Part shown: in pieces, positions 1 to 9,346 of the stretch
How positions within the stretch are numbered: position 1 is the first letter of the stretch
Layout: each line of letters starts with the position of its first letter
Made by a program: the position numbers and the translations under genes
Origin: a virus
Lineage: Duplodnaviria > Caudoviricetes
DNA length: 43,226 bases
Reading direction: 5' to 3' (one strand)
Virus record (IMG/VR): IMGVR_UViG_3300005611_000061
Location: 1-43,226 of that record
Notes under the pieces: generated by a model
Database searches by the model: none
The model's input: only the letters and a program-made list of their open reading frames with translations
What the model was told of the DNA's origin: nothing

Positions 1-1881
1 ATGAGTATTAAACACTTATACCCAAATAGCACTCCAGCGTTAAACCTGAACCCCAAGTCATCACGTGTTGTAGATCCCCGCATTGTCTGTAACCGGACTG
101 GTGATCCCGCCACTTATGTTGATCCAGTGTCTGGATTAGTTAAAATAGCACCAGCCAATGTGGCACGTGTTGAAAAAGGTGGGTTGTTGGTTGAGGAGAG
201 TAGAGAGAACTATCTTCCAAACAGTGAGAACTGGACTGCATGGAATAGCTTTATCTCTGGTCCTGGAGAGACAATGCCTACAGCAAATAAACCTGCTCCC
301 GATGGTTCAACTAATGCTGTTGAGATAACCTTTAGCAGCACTTATGCTGAGAGTCAAATCTTTTACGCTTCTTACGGTGCAACTACCAGTTCAACACTAA
401 CAGTATCCGTTTGGGCGCGTTCAGTTACAGGTACTACCACTTTTCGACTTCAGTTAAGGGGTGGATCACCTACTAACAATTACAGTACCAACACTTTTAC
501 TGCTACCACTGAATGGCAAAGGTTTTCAGATACATTAACTGCCTTTACTGGTCAAGGTGACTTCCGTATTGTTAAAGACGGGACAGATATAGGACCAATT
601 CAATTTTGGGGTGCTCAATTAGAGGAAGGAGATTTCCCAACCTCCTACATCCCAACCAGCGGTTCAACAGTTCAACGCCTAGCTGATCAAATTACCCTAA
701 CTAACTCTGGTATCTTTAACCCTAACCAGAACACCATTATCAACGAGCCTTTTGGTGTTGTTGGTGGTAGTGACACGCTGACTATTGTTGGTGACGGTAG
801 TAAGGCTGAACGTACTTTTGTTTATAACTCTTGGCTAAGCCAACAGCAGACTGCTACTCTTACTAACACTGATGACTGGTGGAAATGGAGAATACTTGGC
901 AGTGATTTTGCGCTTGCCAATTTTTCTACTGATGGAGTAGTTAAAGTTGATTGGGGTGATGGTACAGCTATTGAGACATTAACTACAGCAGTGCATACAT
1001 TTACCACTGGTGGTGGTTATCACACTGTTAAGTTTAAGTTAGATAGTGGTACTTACTTTAAGCCCTCTATTAACGCCAATGCAACCCATAGGGATAAAGT
1101 TATTTCAGTAGGACCTGTTCCAGAAAGCATGGGAGTTGACTTCAACTTATCTTTTAGACGCTGTGGCCAGCTCAAAACTTTTGACGGAGCAGGTAGTTCT
1201 TCGATAAGCAATGACTATTCGTTTGCATGGAGGTATTGCAGTAACTTGCTTAGCTTTCCGTATATTGATACTACTAATGCTACTAAACTTTATCTTACTT
1301 GGGAAGGTTGTAGCAGTCTTACAAAATTCCCGTTACTTCAAAGCTCTAATGTTACAAATTTCGCTGGTGCTTGGTCTACTTGTGGTGGTCTTAGCGGTCC
1401 TTTCCCATCATTTGATACATCAGCAGCAACTAATGTTGGTCGAGCTTGGTCAGCCCTTACCAATATAACAGCATTCCCGTTTATTGATACATCTGGTTGT
1501 ACAGGGACTTTTACTGATACTTGGATTAGTTGTCCTAATTTAGCTAGTTTTCCTGCAATTGAGTGCAACGGCAATTCTTATAATGAATGTTGGAGAAATT
1601 GCTCCAGCATGACTGATTTTCCAGCAAACATGTTTGACTCAACGCCGATTACGGTAGGCAAAGGTCATGGCCGTAGCTGGAATGGTGCGTGGCGAGATTG
1701 TTCTCTAACGGCTCAATCTATTGAAAATATCCTTGTTTCTCTAGATACCAACGGCGCCCAAGATTGTCAAGTGAGTATCAACGGAGGTTCCAACGCTGCT
1801 AAAACTACCTGGTCAACTGCTGCAAACACTGCTTACACTAATCTAATTAACAAGGGTTGGACTGTTGACCACAACCCTTAA
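1..1881 (+). CDS. Tail fibre / receptor-binding-type virion protein with C-terminal BspA/DUF285-like repeats
   Basis: 626 aa. The N-terminus has motifs typical of cyanophage tail proteins (GLLVEESREN, WGAQLEEG-FPTSYIPT). A PKD-like VDWGDG follows, then ~23-aa repeats (AWxxCxxLxxFPxxDTS). It lies in the late tail region. Confidence 0.65.
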   Translation: MSIKHLYPNSTPALNLNPKSSRVVDPRIVCNRTGDPATYVDPVSGLVKIAPANVARVEKGGLLVEESRENYLPNSENWTAWNSFISGPGETMPTANKPAPDGSTNAVEITFSSTYAESQIFYASYGATTSSTLTVSVWARSVTGTTTFRLQLRGGSPTNNYSTNTFTATTEWQRFSDTLTAFTGQGDFRIVKDGTDIGPIQFWGAQLEEGDFPTSYIPTSGSTVQRLADQITLTNSGIFNPNQNTIINEPFGVVGGSDTLTIVGDGSKAERTFVYNSWLSQQQTATLTNTDDWWKWRILGSDFALANFSTDGVVKVDWGDGTAIETLTTAVHTFTTGGGYHTVKFKLDSGTYFKPSINANATHRDKVISVGPVPESMGVDFNLSFRRCGQLKTFDGAGSSSISNDYSFAWRYCSNLLSFPYIDTTNATKLYLTWEGCSSLTKFPLLQSSNVTNFAGAWSTCGGLSGPFPSFDTSAATNVGRAWSALTNITAFPFIDTSGCTGTFTDTWISCPNLASFPAIECNGNSYNECWRNCSSMTDFPANMFDSTPITVGKGHGRSWNGAWRDCSLTAQSIENILVSLDTNGAQDCQVSINGGSNAAKTTWSTAANTAYTNLINKGWTVDHNP

Positions 1882-1896
1882 GGCAATATCGCAAAA

Positions 1897-2256
1897 ATGA
1901 TTACTAGAAACCTTAGATTCCCAGATCTTGAAACCTGGGAGACACTAGCTAAAACACTCAACCTTTACGTTAACTACCCTGTTGAATCTGACGAAGAGGT
2001 AGCAGAGGGTGAAGAACCTGTAATGGTTGACAACTGGGTGTGGGACATGCAATCACGTACCCACGCTATTGATAACATCGGCACCATCTGGAATGATGAC
2101 GGTGTTTACGACGACGAAACCATGGAGGTAATTTCACCTCCTACCCCAATGGCTGGTTACCACGTCAACTACAAGTGTGACGAGCTGCCTGCATCTCTTA
2201 CTGTCTATGAAGTACATCCAGAAGTTCCATATCGGAAATTCCTTGGAGACCCGTAA
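1897..2256 (+). CDS. Hypothetical protein, probable tail-fibre-associated or assembly protein
   Basis: 119 aa, acidic, directly after the fibre gene, with an IDNIGTIW...GYHVN pattern. Confidence 0.5.
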   Translation: MITRNLRFPDLETWETLAKTLNLYVNYPVESDEEVAEGEEPVMVDNWVWDMQSRTHAIDNIGTIWNDDGVYDDETMEVISPPTPMAGYHVNYKCDELPASLTVYEVHPEVPYRKFLGDP

Positions 2257-2274
2257 ACCTTACACCTTATAAAC

Positions 2275-2442
2275 ATGATCACCCTTATCCGTCCAATCCT
2301 GTTCAGCTTTCTGAACTCTGACAAAGTAAAACTTCTTATCGTTGACATGCTGACTAAGTTGGCTGAGTCTACTGATAATGAGGTTGATGACAAAGCCGTT
2401 GAGTTTATCCGTAACGGTTTGTTCCCTGCTCCTAAACTTTAA
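2275..2442 (+). CDS. Small hypothetical protein, 55 aa (MITLIRPILFSFLNSDKVKLLIVDMLTKLAESTDNEVDDKAVEFIRNGLFPAPKL); not in the ORF track
   Basis: Translated by hand from ATG 2275 to TAA 2442. The stop overlaps the next ATG and the ORF fills the gap. Confidence 0.75.
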   Translation: MITLIRPILFSFLNSDKVKLLIVDMLTKLAESTDNEVDDKAVEFIRNGLFPAPKL

Positions 2443-3071
2443 TGTATTACATTGAGCTACCTGCTTACCAAACGCCTGGTAAAGCTTACGAAATCGACAC
2501 TGGTTCTACTTCTGTAAGCCAGCAACTTAGCCACGATTGCCGTCGTATCAGTATTCACCCTACTGGTCATGACATTTTTTACGGCATTGGCAACGCAGCT
2601 CAAGTAGCTGAAGGTGCACCTGCTGAAGCTGTTGCGGTAACTACTGCTGCATCTGCTGGTGTTGCCGAAGTTCGTACGGTTACCTTATCTGGTTTTTACG
2701 AAGTTGGTGATCAACTGACTGTTGTAGTTGATGGTACTTCACTTACTTATGAAGTAACTGCCGCTGACCAAAGCAACACTGCTGCAACAACTCTTTCTAA
2801 TGTGGCTGCTAGTGTTCGTGATGCACTTAACGCTAATGCAACTATTAGCGCAGACTTTACTGCTACCGCTAGTGGTGCTGTTGTAACAATTACTCACGGT
2901 ACTGATAACACTGCATTTACTTTGACTGCAGAAGTTACAGCTTACGACGACGATACTCACTTTGTTCAAACTGACGAACGTGTATATATTACAGTTCCTG
3001 TCGGTTCTTACATTGCTGTTAAAACTGTCAATAGCAACAGCGGTAAGTGCTATATTTCTGAATACCAATAA
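2442..3071 (+). CDS. Hypothetical Ala/Thr-rich beta-strand protein, probably structural
   Basis: 209 aa, coupled to both neighbours by TAATG overlaps. Confidence 0.6.
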   Translation: MYYIELPAYQTPGKAYEIDTGSTSVSQQLSHDCRRISIHPTGHDIFYGIGNAAQVAEGAPAEAVAVTTAASAGVAEVRTVTLSGFYEVGDQLTVVVDGTSLTYEVTAADQSNTAATTLSNVAASVRDALNANATISADFTATASGAVVTITHGTDNTAFTLTAEVTAYDDDTHFVQTDERVYITVPVGSYIAVKTVNSNSGKCYISEYQ

Positions 3072-3505
3072 TGGATTTAGGAGAGCCGCCCGTACTACCC
3101 TACATACGGCTCCCTGAGCCCGTTGCACTACCCCGTCCTATACTGGAGGTACCAAGCGCCGATATACCCTCGTATAAGCCGCTTGTAGTGCCTCCTAGCA
3201 ACCTTAGACCACCTCCGGGGATCAAGGGTACTACACCTTCAGAACAACCACCCGCTAAACCTTCAGTTCCACAGGTACCGCAAGCACCACCAGTCCCTAC
3301 AGTTCGTATACCTACGACAGAGATTGACGTGCCGGTACCTGACGGAATTGTACTAACGACAGCTGCTACAACTGCTGTTGTGTCTGTTGCAGCCACCCTG
3401 ACTGCTACCTCTTTGTTTAAGTGGCTAGTTACTGCGATGAAACCCATCATTAAAACGGCATGGACAAAGATAACCAAAAAAAAGAAGGATTCATCAAGTT
3501 CCTAG
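3071..3505 (+). CDS. Proline-rich membrane protein
   Basis: Pro-rich N-terminus, a hydrophobic helix, then a Lys-rich tail. Confidence 0.65.
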   Translation: MDLGEPPVLPYIRLPEPVALPRPILEVPSADIPSYKPLVVPPSNLRPPPGIKGTTPSEQPPAKPSVPQVPQAPPVPTVRIPTTEIDVPVPDGIVLTTAATTAVVSVAATLTATSLFKWLVTAMKPIIKTAWTKITKKKKDSSSS

Positions 3506-3639
3506 TCCTTGTCTGGTCCGCAGGACTCCTGACGGCATCATACGCAGGATGGATGGAAAAGATGGATCCCACTTACGTCGCATCAATTCTTAGCGGCACT
3601 CTAGCAACTTTCTCAATTACCCGCGAAAAAAAGGAATGA
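3460..3639 (+). CDS. 59-aa two-helix membrane protein, holin candidate; not in the ORF track
   Basis: MDKDNQKKEGFIKFLVLVWSAGLLTASYAGWMEKMDPTYVASILSGTLATFSITREKKE. It has two hydrophobic segments, charged ends and an ATGA overlap with the next gene. Confidence 0.6.
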   Translation: MDKDNQKKEGFIKFLVLVWSAGLLTASYAGWMEKMDPTYVASILSGTLATFSITREKKE

Positions 3640-3986
3640 AAAAGCTACTTCTGTTGCTGCTGTTGGCTGCGCCTGCATCAGCTCAAACTGTTACGCCTGC
3701 CTTTACACAAGGCAGTATGCAGTCAAATACTACCACCACTACCAACATCACCAGAACCATCAACACTGATGTATATGGTGGTGCTTATTCCTCATGGTCT
3801 GGCACAAACGTAACCCCAAGTGGGGATATAACAGATTCTTCAACTACCTGGTCACTTACTACCGCAGGAAACGATTTCCAACTGGAGACCGTTACCAGGG
3901 CAGCTGGAATTGTAGAAGACACCGACATCACCGAAACAATTACACAAACTTCTACTACTACTTCATTGTCTATCTTCTCGCAGTAG
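3636..3986 (+). CDS. Secreted Thr-rich protein
   Basis: Clear signal peptide MKKLLLLLLLAAPASA. Confidence 0.75.
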   Translation: MKKLLLLLLLAAPASAQTVTPAFTQGSMQSNTTTTTNITRTINTDVYGGAYSSWSGTNVTPSGDITDSSTTWSLTTAGNDFQLETVTRAAGIVEDTDITETITQTSTTTSLSIFSQ

Positions 3987-4495
3987 CACCAGCTTATGCC
4001 GAAGAACCTAGAGTACAGAATACGTCTAACCCAGTTGCAGCTGCAACAGGAAATGTTACAAATCAGGCGGTCCAGTTTCAGAATAACGGTGCTCCTAGCC
4101 GTCAATACTTTGGCGCTAACAATTCTTGTAATGGAGCTACTATGACGTTTAGCCCGTTTTACATGGGCAACGACACTATTCCTATGGATCCTAGTGGCTA
4201 TGTCACTAGCAACAACTGGGGTGCACAGCTAAACTTTAGCGTTCCCTTAGATGGTAGCATGATAGAAACATGCAAACATATCGCTAAGCGGCACGAACAA
4301 AAGATGAGATTAGAGTACGAGCTTTTTCGTGCTAAAAGTTGTACTGACATTTTAAAGGCTGGGTTTATGTTTAGACCTGGTAGTAGAGTAGAAGGTCTTT
4401 GTAATGACATCGTACCTATTGTATCTATAACAAATGCTGGAAGCCTTAATCAGCGTAGCGATAGCCGGGATAGCCGGCGGAGCAGCGCTCAATAA
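3794..4495 (+). CDS. Exported hypothetical protein; true start uncertain
   Basis: Signal-peptide-like FIVYLLAVAPAYA near 3960-4000, followed by a Cys-containing domain. Confidence 0.6.
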   Translation: MVWHKRNPKWGYNRFFNYLVTYYRRKRFPTGDRYQGSWNCRRHRHHRNNYTNFYYYFIVYLLAVAPAYAEEPRVQNTSNPVAAATGNVTNQAVQFQNNGAPSRQYFGANNSCNGATMTFSPFYMGNDTIPMDPSGYVTSNNWGAQLNFSVPLDGSMIETCKHIAKRHEQKMRLEYELFRAKSCTDILKAGFMFRPGSRVEGLCNDIVPIVSITNAGSLNQRSDSRDSRRSSAQ

Positions 4496-4688
4496 TCGAC
4501 TCCATCAACGAGTCAACAATGTACACGATCGTATCGGTGGTCTAGACCGGCGTATAGATGCAATTGAACTTGGCGTTGCTCAAGATTATGTGTCTAAAGC
4601 CGACTTGTCAATTATGACAAAACGTATGGAAGACCACATGGTGCGTATTGAAAACAAACTTGATCAAATAGTTTTGCGTAATGTCTAA
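4434..4688 (+). CDS. Membrane-anchored coiled-coil protein, possibly lysis-related
   Basis: Hydrophobic N-terminus plus a heptad pattern; lies immediately upstream of the small terminase. Confidence 0.6.
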   Translation: MLEALISVAIAGIAGGAALNNRLHQRVNNVHDRIGGLDRRIDAIELGVAQDYVSKADLSIMTKRMEDHMVRIENKLDQIVLRNV

Positions 4689-4926
4689 CAAAAAAGCAAC
4701 GGAAGATCAGTTTAACGAGCTACACAACCTTGTAACTAAAGAGTTTCTTGCCCGTATCAAATCGGGTGAGGCTACTACTCAAGATCTCAAGGCAGCTTGT
4801 GATTGGCTTAAAACAAACGACATCAGTGGTGTAGCCTACGAGGGCAACCCGTTGTCAAAACTGGCTCAAGTAATGCCACAGGTAGACCCCGAACTCGTAC
4901 AAAGTAGACTTTATGGCAAGCGGTAA
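4681..4926 (+). CDS. Terminase small subunit (T7 gp18-like)
   Basis: 81 aa with FNELH...RIKSGEATTQDLKAACDWLKTNDI; upstream of the large subunit. Confidence 0.8.
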   Translation: MSNKKATEDQFNELHNLVTKEFLARIKSGEATTQDLKAACDWLKTNDISGVAYEGNPLSKLAQVMPQVDPELVQSRLYGKR

Positions 4927-5158
4927 AACCTCAAACTACTACAAAAGTAATGATGGCGCCAGGAAGCGCCGCAATGCACAGCAAGCTAAGTACAACAAGA
5001 CTAAAAAAGGTCTGAAGATTCGTACTGCTGCTAACAAACTTAATCGTAAGCTGGGTACTTATGGCAATGGCGATGGTAAGGACGCTTCTCACACAGGACC
5101 AAATAAAGGTAAACTTGAAAGTCCTAAGAAGAACCGTACCCGACCTCGCCTTGCATGA
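4913..5158 (+). CDS. Small basic protein with a degenerate HNH-like GDGKDASH motif
   Basis: 81 aa, very Lys/Arg-rich; GDGKDASH...LESPKKNR. Confidence 0.6.
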   Translation: MASGKTSNYYKSNDGARKRRNAQQAKYNKTKKGLKIRTAANKLNRKLGTYGNGDGKDASHTGPNKGKLESPKKNRTRPRLA

Positions 5159-5484
5159 CCCCGCTATTCCCAACTCCTGATCATTATTTACACAACCTAA
5201 TAACCATGACGTCCCCTGAAGCAAAACGCCTTTGGAGGCGTGCCGTTAAGGAACACTTCGGCTGTACATGCGTTTATTGTGGAGAAACTTATGAACTACA
5301 CGAACTTACACTGGATCACGTTCATCCTCGCTGTCATGGGGGTGAAGACATTACATCGAATGTCGTACCAGCCTGTACCTGTTGTAACCAGGACAAGGGA
5401 AGCCACCATTGGCAATCTTGGATGAGAGCCAAATTTGGAACTAACCTCCTTAGGGAGGGATTAATATCATCACATATTAACTAA
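5155..5484 (+). CDS. HNH endonuclease
   Basis: CVYCG...LTLDHVHPRCHGG...NVVPACTCCNQDKG. Confidence 0.9.
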   Translation: MTPLFPTPDHYLHNLITMTSPEAKRLWRRAVKEHFGCTCVYCGETYELHELTLDHVHPRCHGGEDITSNVVPACTCCNQDKGSHHWQSWMRAKFGTNLLREGLISSHIN

Positions 5485-6296
5485 TGCCTAATGCAAGCAA
5501 AGCGGGAGTGCCGCCTGAAGTTATCGCAGAATGGAAAGCTGACTTTAAAAAAAAGCGAGAAAAAGCAGGCGGATCAAAACTTCCGTCTGGTGCTGCACAG
5601 TATACCTACAATGGTGTAACTTATACGGCTAAAAAATCTGGCAGTGGAATTGGTTTTCCAGAGGCTGCATATGAAGCTCGAGTTGAAGGACAACGTTCGA
5701 GAAAAGGTGAGCAACAAAAAATTAGGTTAAGTGAAGCTGAGCAATTATTGCAGCAATATAGGTATGAAGATGCTCAATTGTTGTCTGAACATTTGGGCCA
5801 ACGTATTGAAGTAGAGCATGGTATACCTATTGCTAAAGGTGGTTTTTCTAACGACCCTAATAATTTAGGACTTGCTACCAGTGAAACTAACCTTGCTAAA
5901 GGTAGTAAATTAGGTGGACCTGAATACAACCGTGCATTAGAAGAACATAAATACCTGTCTAACCTTGCTAATGAATTACGACAAGAACGTGGTGCTATTA
6001 AATTCCAACGTTCAGCCGTTACTGGCATGGCTGCGGCAGGTATTGCTGCTCTTGGTCCACTCGGTACTGCGGTTAGCGCAGCTGAAACAGCTGGACGCAA
6101 ACAGATTGCTGATGAAACCGGTAATCTAATTGACCGGGCTCAACAATACATTTCTGGTGCGTCATTAGCAGCGGATGCTGCATCTTACATACCACCGTTA
6201 ACAGTTCCTGCAACTGTTGTTTCTACTGGTCTTGATGCAGTCAACGTTGGCATTGACAGTACACGAGGCTTTATTAACCTATTTACTAGACGATGA
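5484..6296 (+). CDS. HNH-motif protein with an Ala/Gly-rich hydrophobic C-terminal region
   Basis: EVEHGIPIAKGGFSNDPNNLGLATSETNLAKG is an HNH core without the zinc cysteines. Confidence 0.65.
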   Translation: MPNASKAGVPPEVIAEWKADFKKKREKAGGSKLPSGAAQYTYNGVTYTAKKSGSGIGFPEAAYEARVEGQRSRKGEQQKIRLSEAEQLLQQYRYEDAQLLSEHLGQRIEVEHGIPIAKGGFSNDPNNLGLATSETNLAKGSKLGGPEYNRALEEHKYLSNLANELRQERGAIKFQRSAVTGMAAAGIAALGPLGTAVSAAETAGRKQIADETGNLIDRAQQYISGASLAADAASYIPPLTVPATVVSTGLDAVNVGIDSTRGFINLFTRR

Positions 6297-8023
6297 CTGA
6301 CGTTGTAACCGCCCTACAAGACGACTTTAAACTGTTTCTGCAAGCATTGTGGGGACAACTGGATTTACCAGAACCTACCCGTGCCCAATATGCCATCGCA
6401 GACTATCTACAAAATGGTCCTAAGCGACTCCAGATTCAAGCCTTCCGTGGTGTCGGTAAGTCATGGATTACTGGAGCGTTTGTTCTTTGGACTCTATTTA
6501 AAAATCCAGAAAAGAAAATCATGATCATATCGGCGTCAAAAGAACGCGCCGATAACATGAGTATTTTCCTACAAAAACTAATCATTGAAACACCATGGTT
6601 GACTCATTTGAGGCCGAAGAGCGACGACGCCAGATGGAGTCGGATCTCTTTCGACGTAAACTGCTCTCCCCACCAAGCGCCATCAGTGAAATCCGTAGGG
6701 ATTACTGGCCAGTTGACTGGAAGCCGCGCAGACCTTATGATTCTGGACGACATTGAAGTCCCTGGTAACTCAATGACAGAGTTTATGCGGGAAAAACTCC
6801 TGCAACTTTGTACTGAAGCGGAGTCTATCCTTACACCCAAGGATGACTCCCGCATTATGTATCTTGGCACACCTCAGACCACATTTACGATCTACCGTAA
6901 GCTTGCAGAACGCAACTACAGACCGTTTGTGTGGCCTGCACGCGTCCCACGCAGCCTCAGTAACTACGAAGGTCTTATAGCTCCACAGCTACAGGAAGAC
7001 ATCGATATGGGTGCTGAGGCGTGGGATGTTACTGACCCTGACCGGTTTGATGACAATGATCTTATCGAACGTGAAGCGGCTATGGGGCGTAGCAACTTTA
7101 TGCTACAATTCATGCTTGACACGTCCCTTAGCGACGCTGACAAGTTCCCGCTTAAAATGCAAGACCTGGTGGTTTCCTCTGTTAACCCCAGTACTGCTCC
7201 TGATTCCGTCATCTGGTGCAGCGATCCCAAGAATGTCATTCGGGACGCTCCCACTGTCGGTTTACCTGGAGATTATTTCTACAGTCCAATGCAGCTCCAA
7301 GGAGAGTGGCTCCCTTACGCCGAGACAATCTGCTCAGTTGATCCATCGGGTAGAGGCTCAGATGAGACAGCAGCAGCTTATATCTCCCAACGTAATGGTT
7401 TCTTGTACTTGCATGAAATGCGAGCTTATCGAGATGGATACTCAGACACGACGCTTTTGGACATTCTAAGAGGTTGTAAAAAATACAATGTAACCAAATT
7501 GGTTATAGAAACAAACTTTGGGGACGGAATCGTTGCCGAATTGTTTAAAAAACACCTCCAACAAACTAAACAGGCTATTGGCGTTGAAGAAGTCCGAGCA
7601 ACCTTACGTAAAGAACAAAGAATCATTGATGCTCTTGAGCCCATTCTTAATCAGCATCGGCTTATTATCGACCGCTCTGTTATTGATTGGGATTACACCT
7701 CCAACAGAGATGAAGCTCCCGAGAAACGTCTTATGTACATGTTGTTCTACCAAATGAGTAGAATGTGCATGGAAAAAGGTGCGGTTAAACACGACGACAG
7801 GATTGACTGCCTAGCTCAAGGTGTCAAATACTTTACAGATGCCATGGGTATATCTGCCCAAGAAGCAGTTAATCAACGCAAACGTGATGACTGGAACGAC
7901 CTCCTTAAGTCTACAATAGAAGACCCACAAGGTAGTGCTAATCACCTTGTATTTGGTATGAATAAAGAACAACGAGAGAAAGCTAGAGGTAACTATAAAA
8001 ACGGTGTCCCCACCTGGATTTAA
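6293..8023 (+). CDS. terL: Terminase large subunit (T7 gp19-like)
   Basis: Walker A AFRGVGKS, Walker B ILDDIE, nuclease motifs VDPSGRG and HDDRIDCL. Confidence 0.97.
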   Translation: MTDVVTALQDDFKLFLQALWGQLDLPEPTRAQYAIADYLQNGPKRLQIQAFRGVGKSWITGAFVLWTLFKNPEKKIMIISASKERADNMSIFLQKLIIETPWLTHLRPKSDDARWSRISFDVNCSPHQAPSVKSVGITGQLTGSRADLMILDDIEVPGNSMTEFMREKLLQLCTEAESILTPKDDSRIMYLGTPQTTFTIYRKLAERNYRPFVWPARVPRSLSNYEGLIAPQLQEDIDMGAEAWDVTDPDRFDDNDLIEREAAMGRSNFMLQFMLDTSLSDADKFPLKMQDLVVSSVNPSTAPDSVIWCSDPKNVIRDAPTVGLPGDYFYSPMQLQGEWLPYAETICSVDPSGRGSDETAAAYISQRNGFLYLHEMRAYRDGYSDTTLLDILRGCKKYNVTKLVIETNFGDGIVAELFKKHLQQTKQAIGVEEVRATLRKEQRIIDALEPILNQHRLIIDRSVIDWDYTSNRDEAPEKRLMYMLFYQMSRMCMEKGAVKHDDRIDCLAQGVKYFTDAMGISAQEAVNQRKRDDWNDLLKSTIEDPQGSANHLVFGMNKEQREKARGNYKNGVPTWI

Positions 8024-8024
8024 C

Positions 8025-8050
8025 CAGCTCCCCGCCTTATACAGGGAGAA
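8025..8050 (+). promoter_or_regulatory. Candidate phage RNAP promoter, copy 1
   Basis: CAGCTCCCCGCCTTATACAGGGAGAA is 25/26 identical to 12245-12270, and its 3' end resembles T7 TATAGGGAGA. Confidence 0.5.
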
Positions 8051-8079
8051 GGGATGGGTGGACCCGACTTTCTGTGATT

Positions 8080-8101
8080 GGGACTCTTCGGAGTCCCTTT
8101 T
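8080..8101 (+). terminator. Intrinsic terminator
   Basis: GGGACTC-TTCG-GAGTCCC-TTTT. Confidence 0.8.
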
Positions 8102-8178
8102 ACTACTGTAACTAGATTACTGAGAGACATATGTATTTATAATACATCTTGTCACAGCCACAACAAGTTTACTACTGT

Positions 8179-8805
8179 ATGCACCACGTTAATTACATCC
8201 ATTCTACACCCAAAGGTGATGATCTCGTAGCTTATATGGCACGTGTATCAAATCCAAACAATCAAAACAACACTGAGACCAGTGCTAAATTGATTAACTA
8301 CCTTATACGACACAAACATTGGTCACCGTTTGAAATGGTGAACATGTGTGTTGAAGTACATACGACACGATCTATTGCAGCTCAAATCCTTAGGCACAGA
8401 TCATTCAGCTTCCAAGAGTTTAGCCAGCGTTATGCTGTAGTAACAGATAACCCGGTTGTACCCGATCTACGCCGGCAAGACACGGTTAACCGGCAAAACA
8501 GTATTGATGATATGGATAGGTTTATTGTGCAAGACTTTCAAGTCAAGACACAACAACTATATGATATGTCACAACGTTTGTATAACGAGATGCTGCAGGC
8601 TGGAGTAGCTAAAGAGTGTGCTCGTGAGGTATTGCCCATGAGTAGCCCTACAAAGCTGTATATGAACGGCACATTGCGGTCTTGGATGCACTATTGTGAG
8701 CTAAGGTGCGCTAACGGGACACAAGAAGAACATAAACGTATCGCTACGCAATGTAAGAACATTATACGTGCTTATTTTCCCAAAGTATACGCAGCTATGT
8801 GGTGA
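8179..8805 (+). CDS. thyX: FAD-dependent thymidylate synthase
   Basis: HWSPFE and RHRSFSFQEFSQRY signatures. ATG 8179 is preferred over TTG 8149. Confidence 0.95.
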   Translation: MHHVNYIHSTPKGDDLVAYMARVSNPNNQNNTETSAKLINYLIRHKHWSPFEMVNMCVEVHTTRSIAAQILRHRSFSFQEFSQRYAVVTDNPVVPDLRRQDTVNRQNSIDDMDRFIVQDFQVKTQQLYDMSQRLYNEMLQAGVAKECAREVLPMSSPTKLYMNGTLRSWMHYCELRCANGTQEEHKRIATQCKNIIRAYFPKVYAAMW

Positions 8806-8806
8806 T

Positions 8807-9022
8807 ATGCTTACATTTTACAATTATGTCACAGCATTCTTTAGTGTTGTGGTTGTAAACTGCGCTCAACCCGCTAATTGGCAGTATTGTCTACCCGTGC
8901 ACCAATGGTTACCGCCATATGTACAGGATGCACGGGATTTTATTGGGAATGAACCGTATTACACCGAGAAAGAATACCTGTTAAAAATTGACAAAAATTT
9001 GTCTACCCATATAGCGTGGTAG
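8807..9022 (+). CDS. Small hypothetical membrane protein
   Basis: ATG 1 nt after the thyX stop; MLTFYNYVTAFFSVVVVNCAQPANWQYCLPVHQW. Confidence 0.6.
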   Translation: MLTFYNYVTAFFSVVVVNCAQPANWQYCLPVHQWLPPYVQDARDFIGNEPYYTEKEYLLKIDKNLSTHIAW

Positions 9023-9301
9023 CATGGACGGTTTTCCCCCCGGCACCCCCAGTTTTGCCCAGTTTTGAGCAGTAATACCTACGGTATTAAACTGTGTTTT
9101 TGCTGGGCTAAACCGCGTGCGCGATAGGTTTTACCGCGCTCAGCCGGGCGAAACTGACTACCGCGCCCATGTTACACGCGTTAATATCGCGCGATCTGTC
9201 GGCGACCTTAACCTACGGTTATGAGTCAGCAATGCAATGATAAGATTCGGTGATGTCCTTTGGTATGACTGGGGTTTGGTGGTGTAATGTGGAGCTTGGT
9301 C

Positions 9302-9346
9302 AACTGTCCACCGTGATTTGGGGCTGATTGGGGCTATAGTCAAAGG
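9302..9346 (+). promoter_or_regulatory. Candidate host sigma70-type early promoter
   Basis: -10-like TATAGT at 9335-9340, preceded by AACTGTCCAC (9302-9311) and a GATT(T)GGGGCT duplication. There is no clean -35. Confidence 0.45.

Noticed and set aside
1150-1881. Diversity-generating retroelement target or CRISPR-like repeats
   Set aside because: The repeats are degenerate and at protein level only. No reverse transcriptase, template repeat or spacer array was seen.
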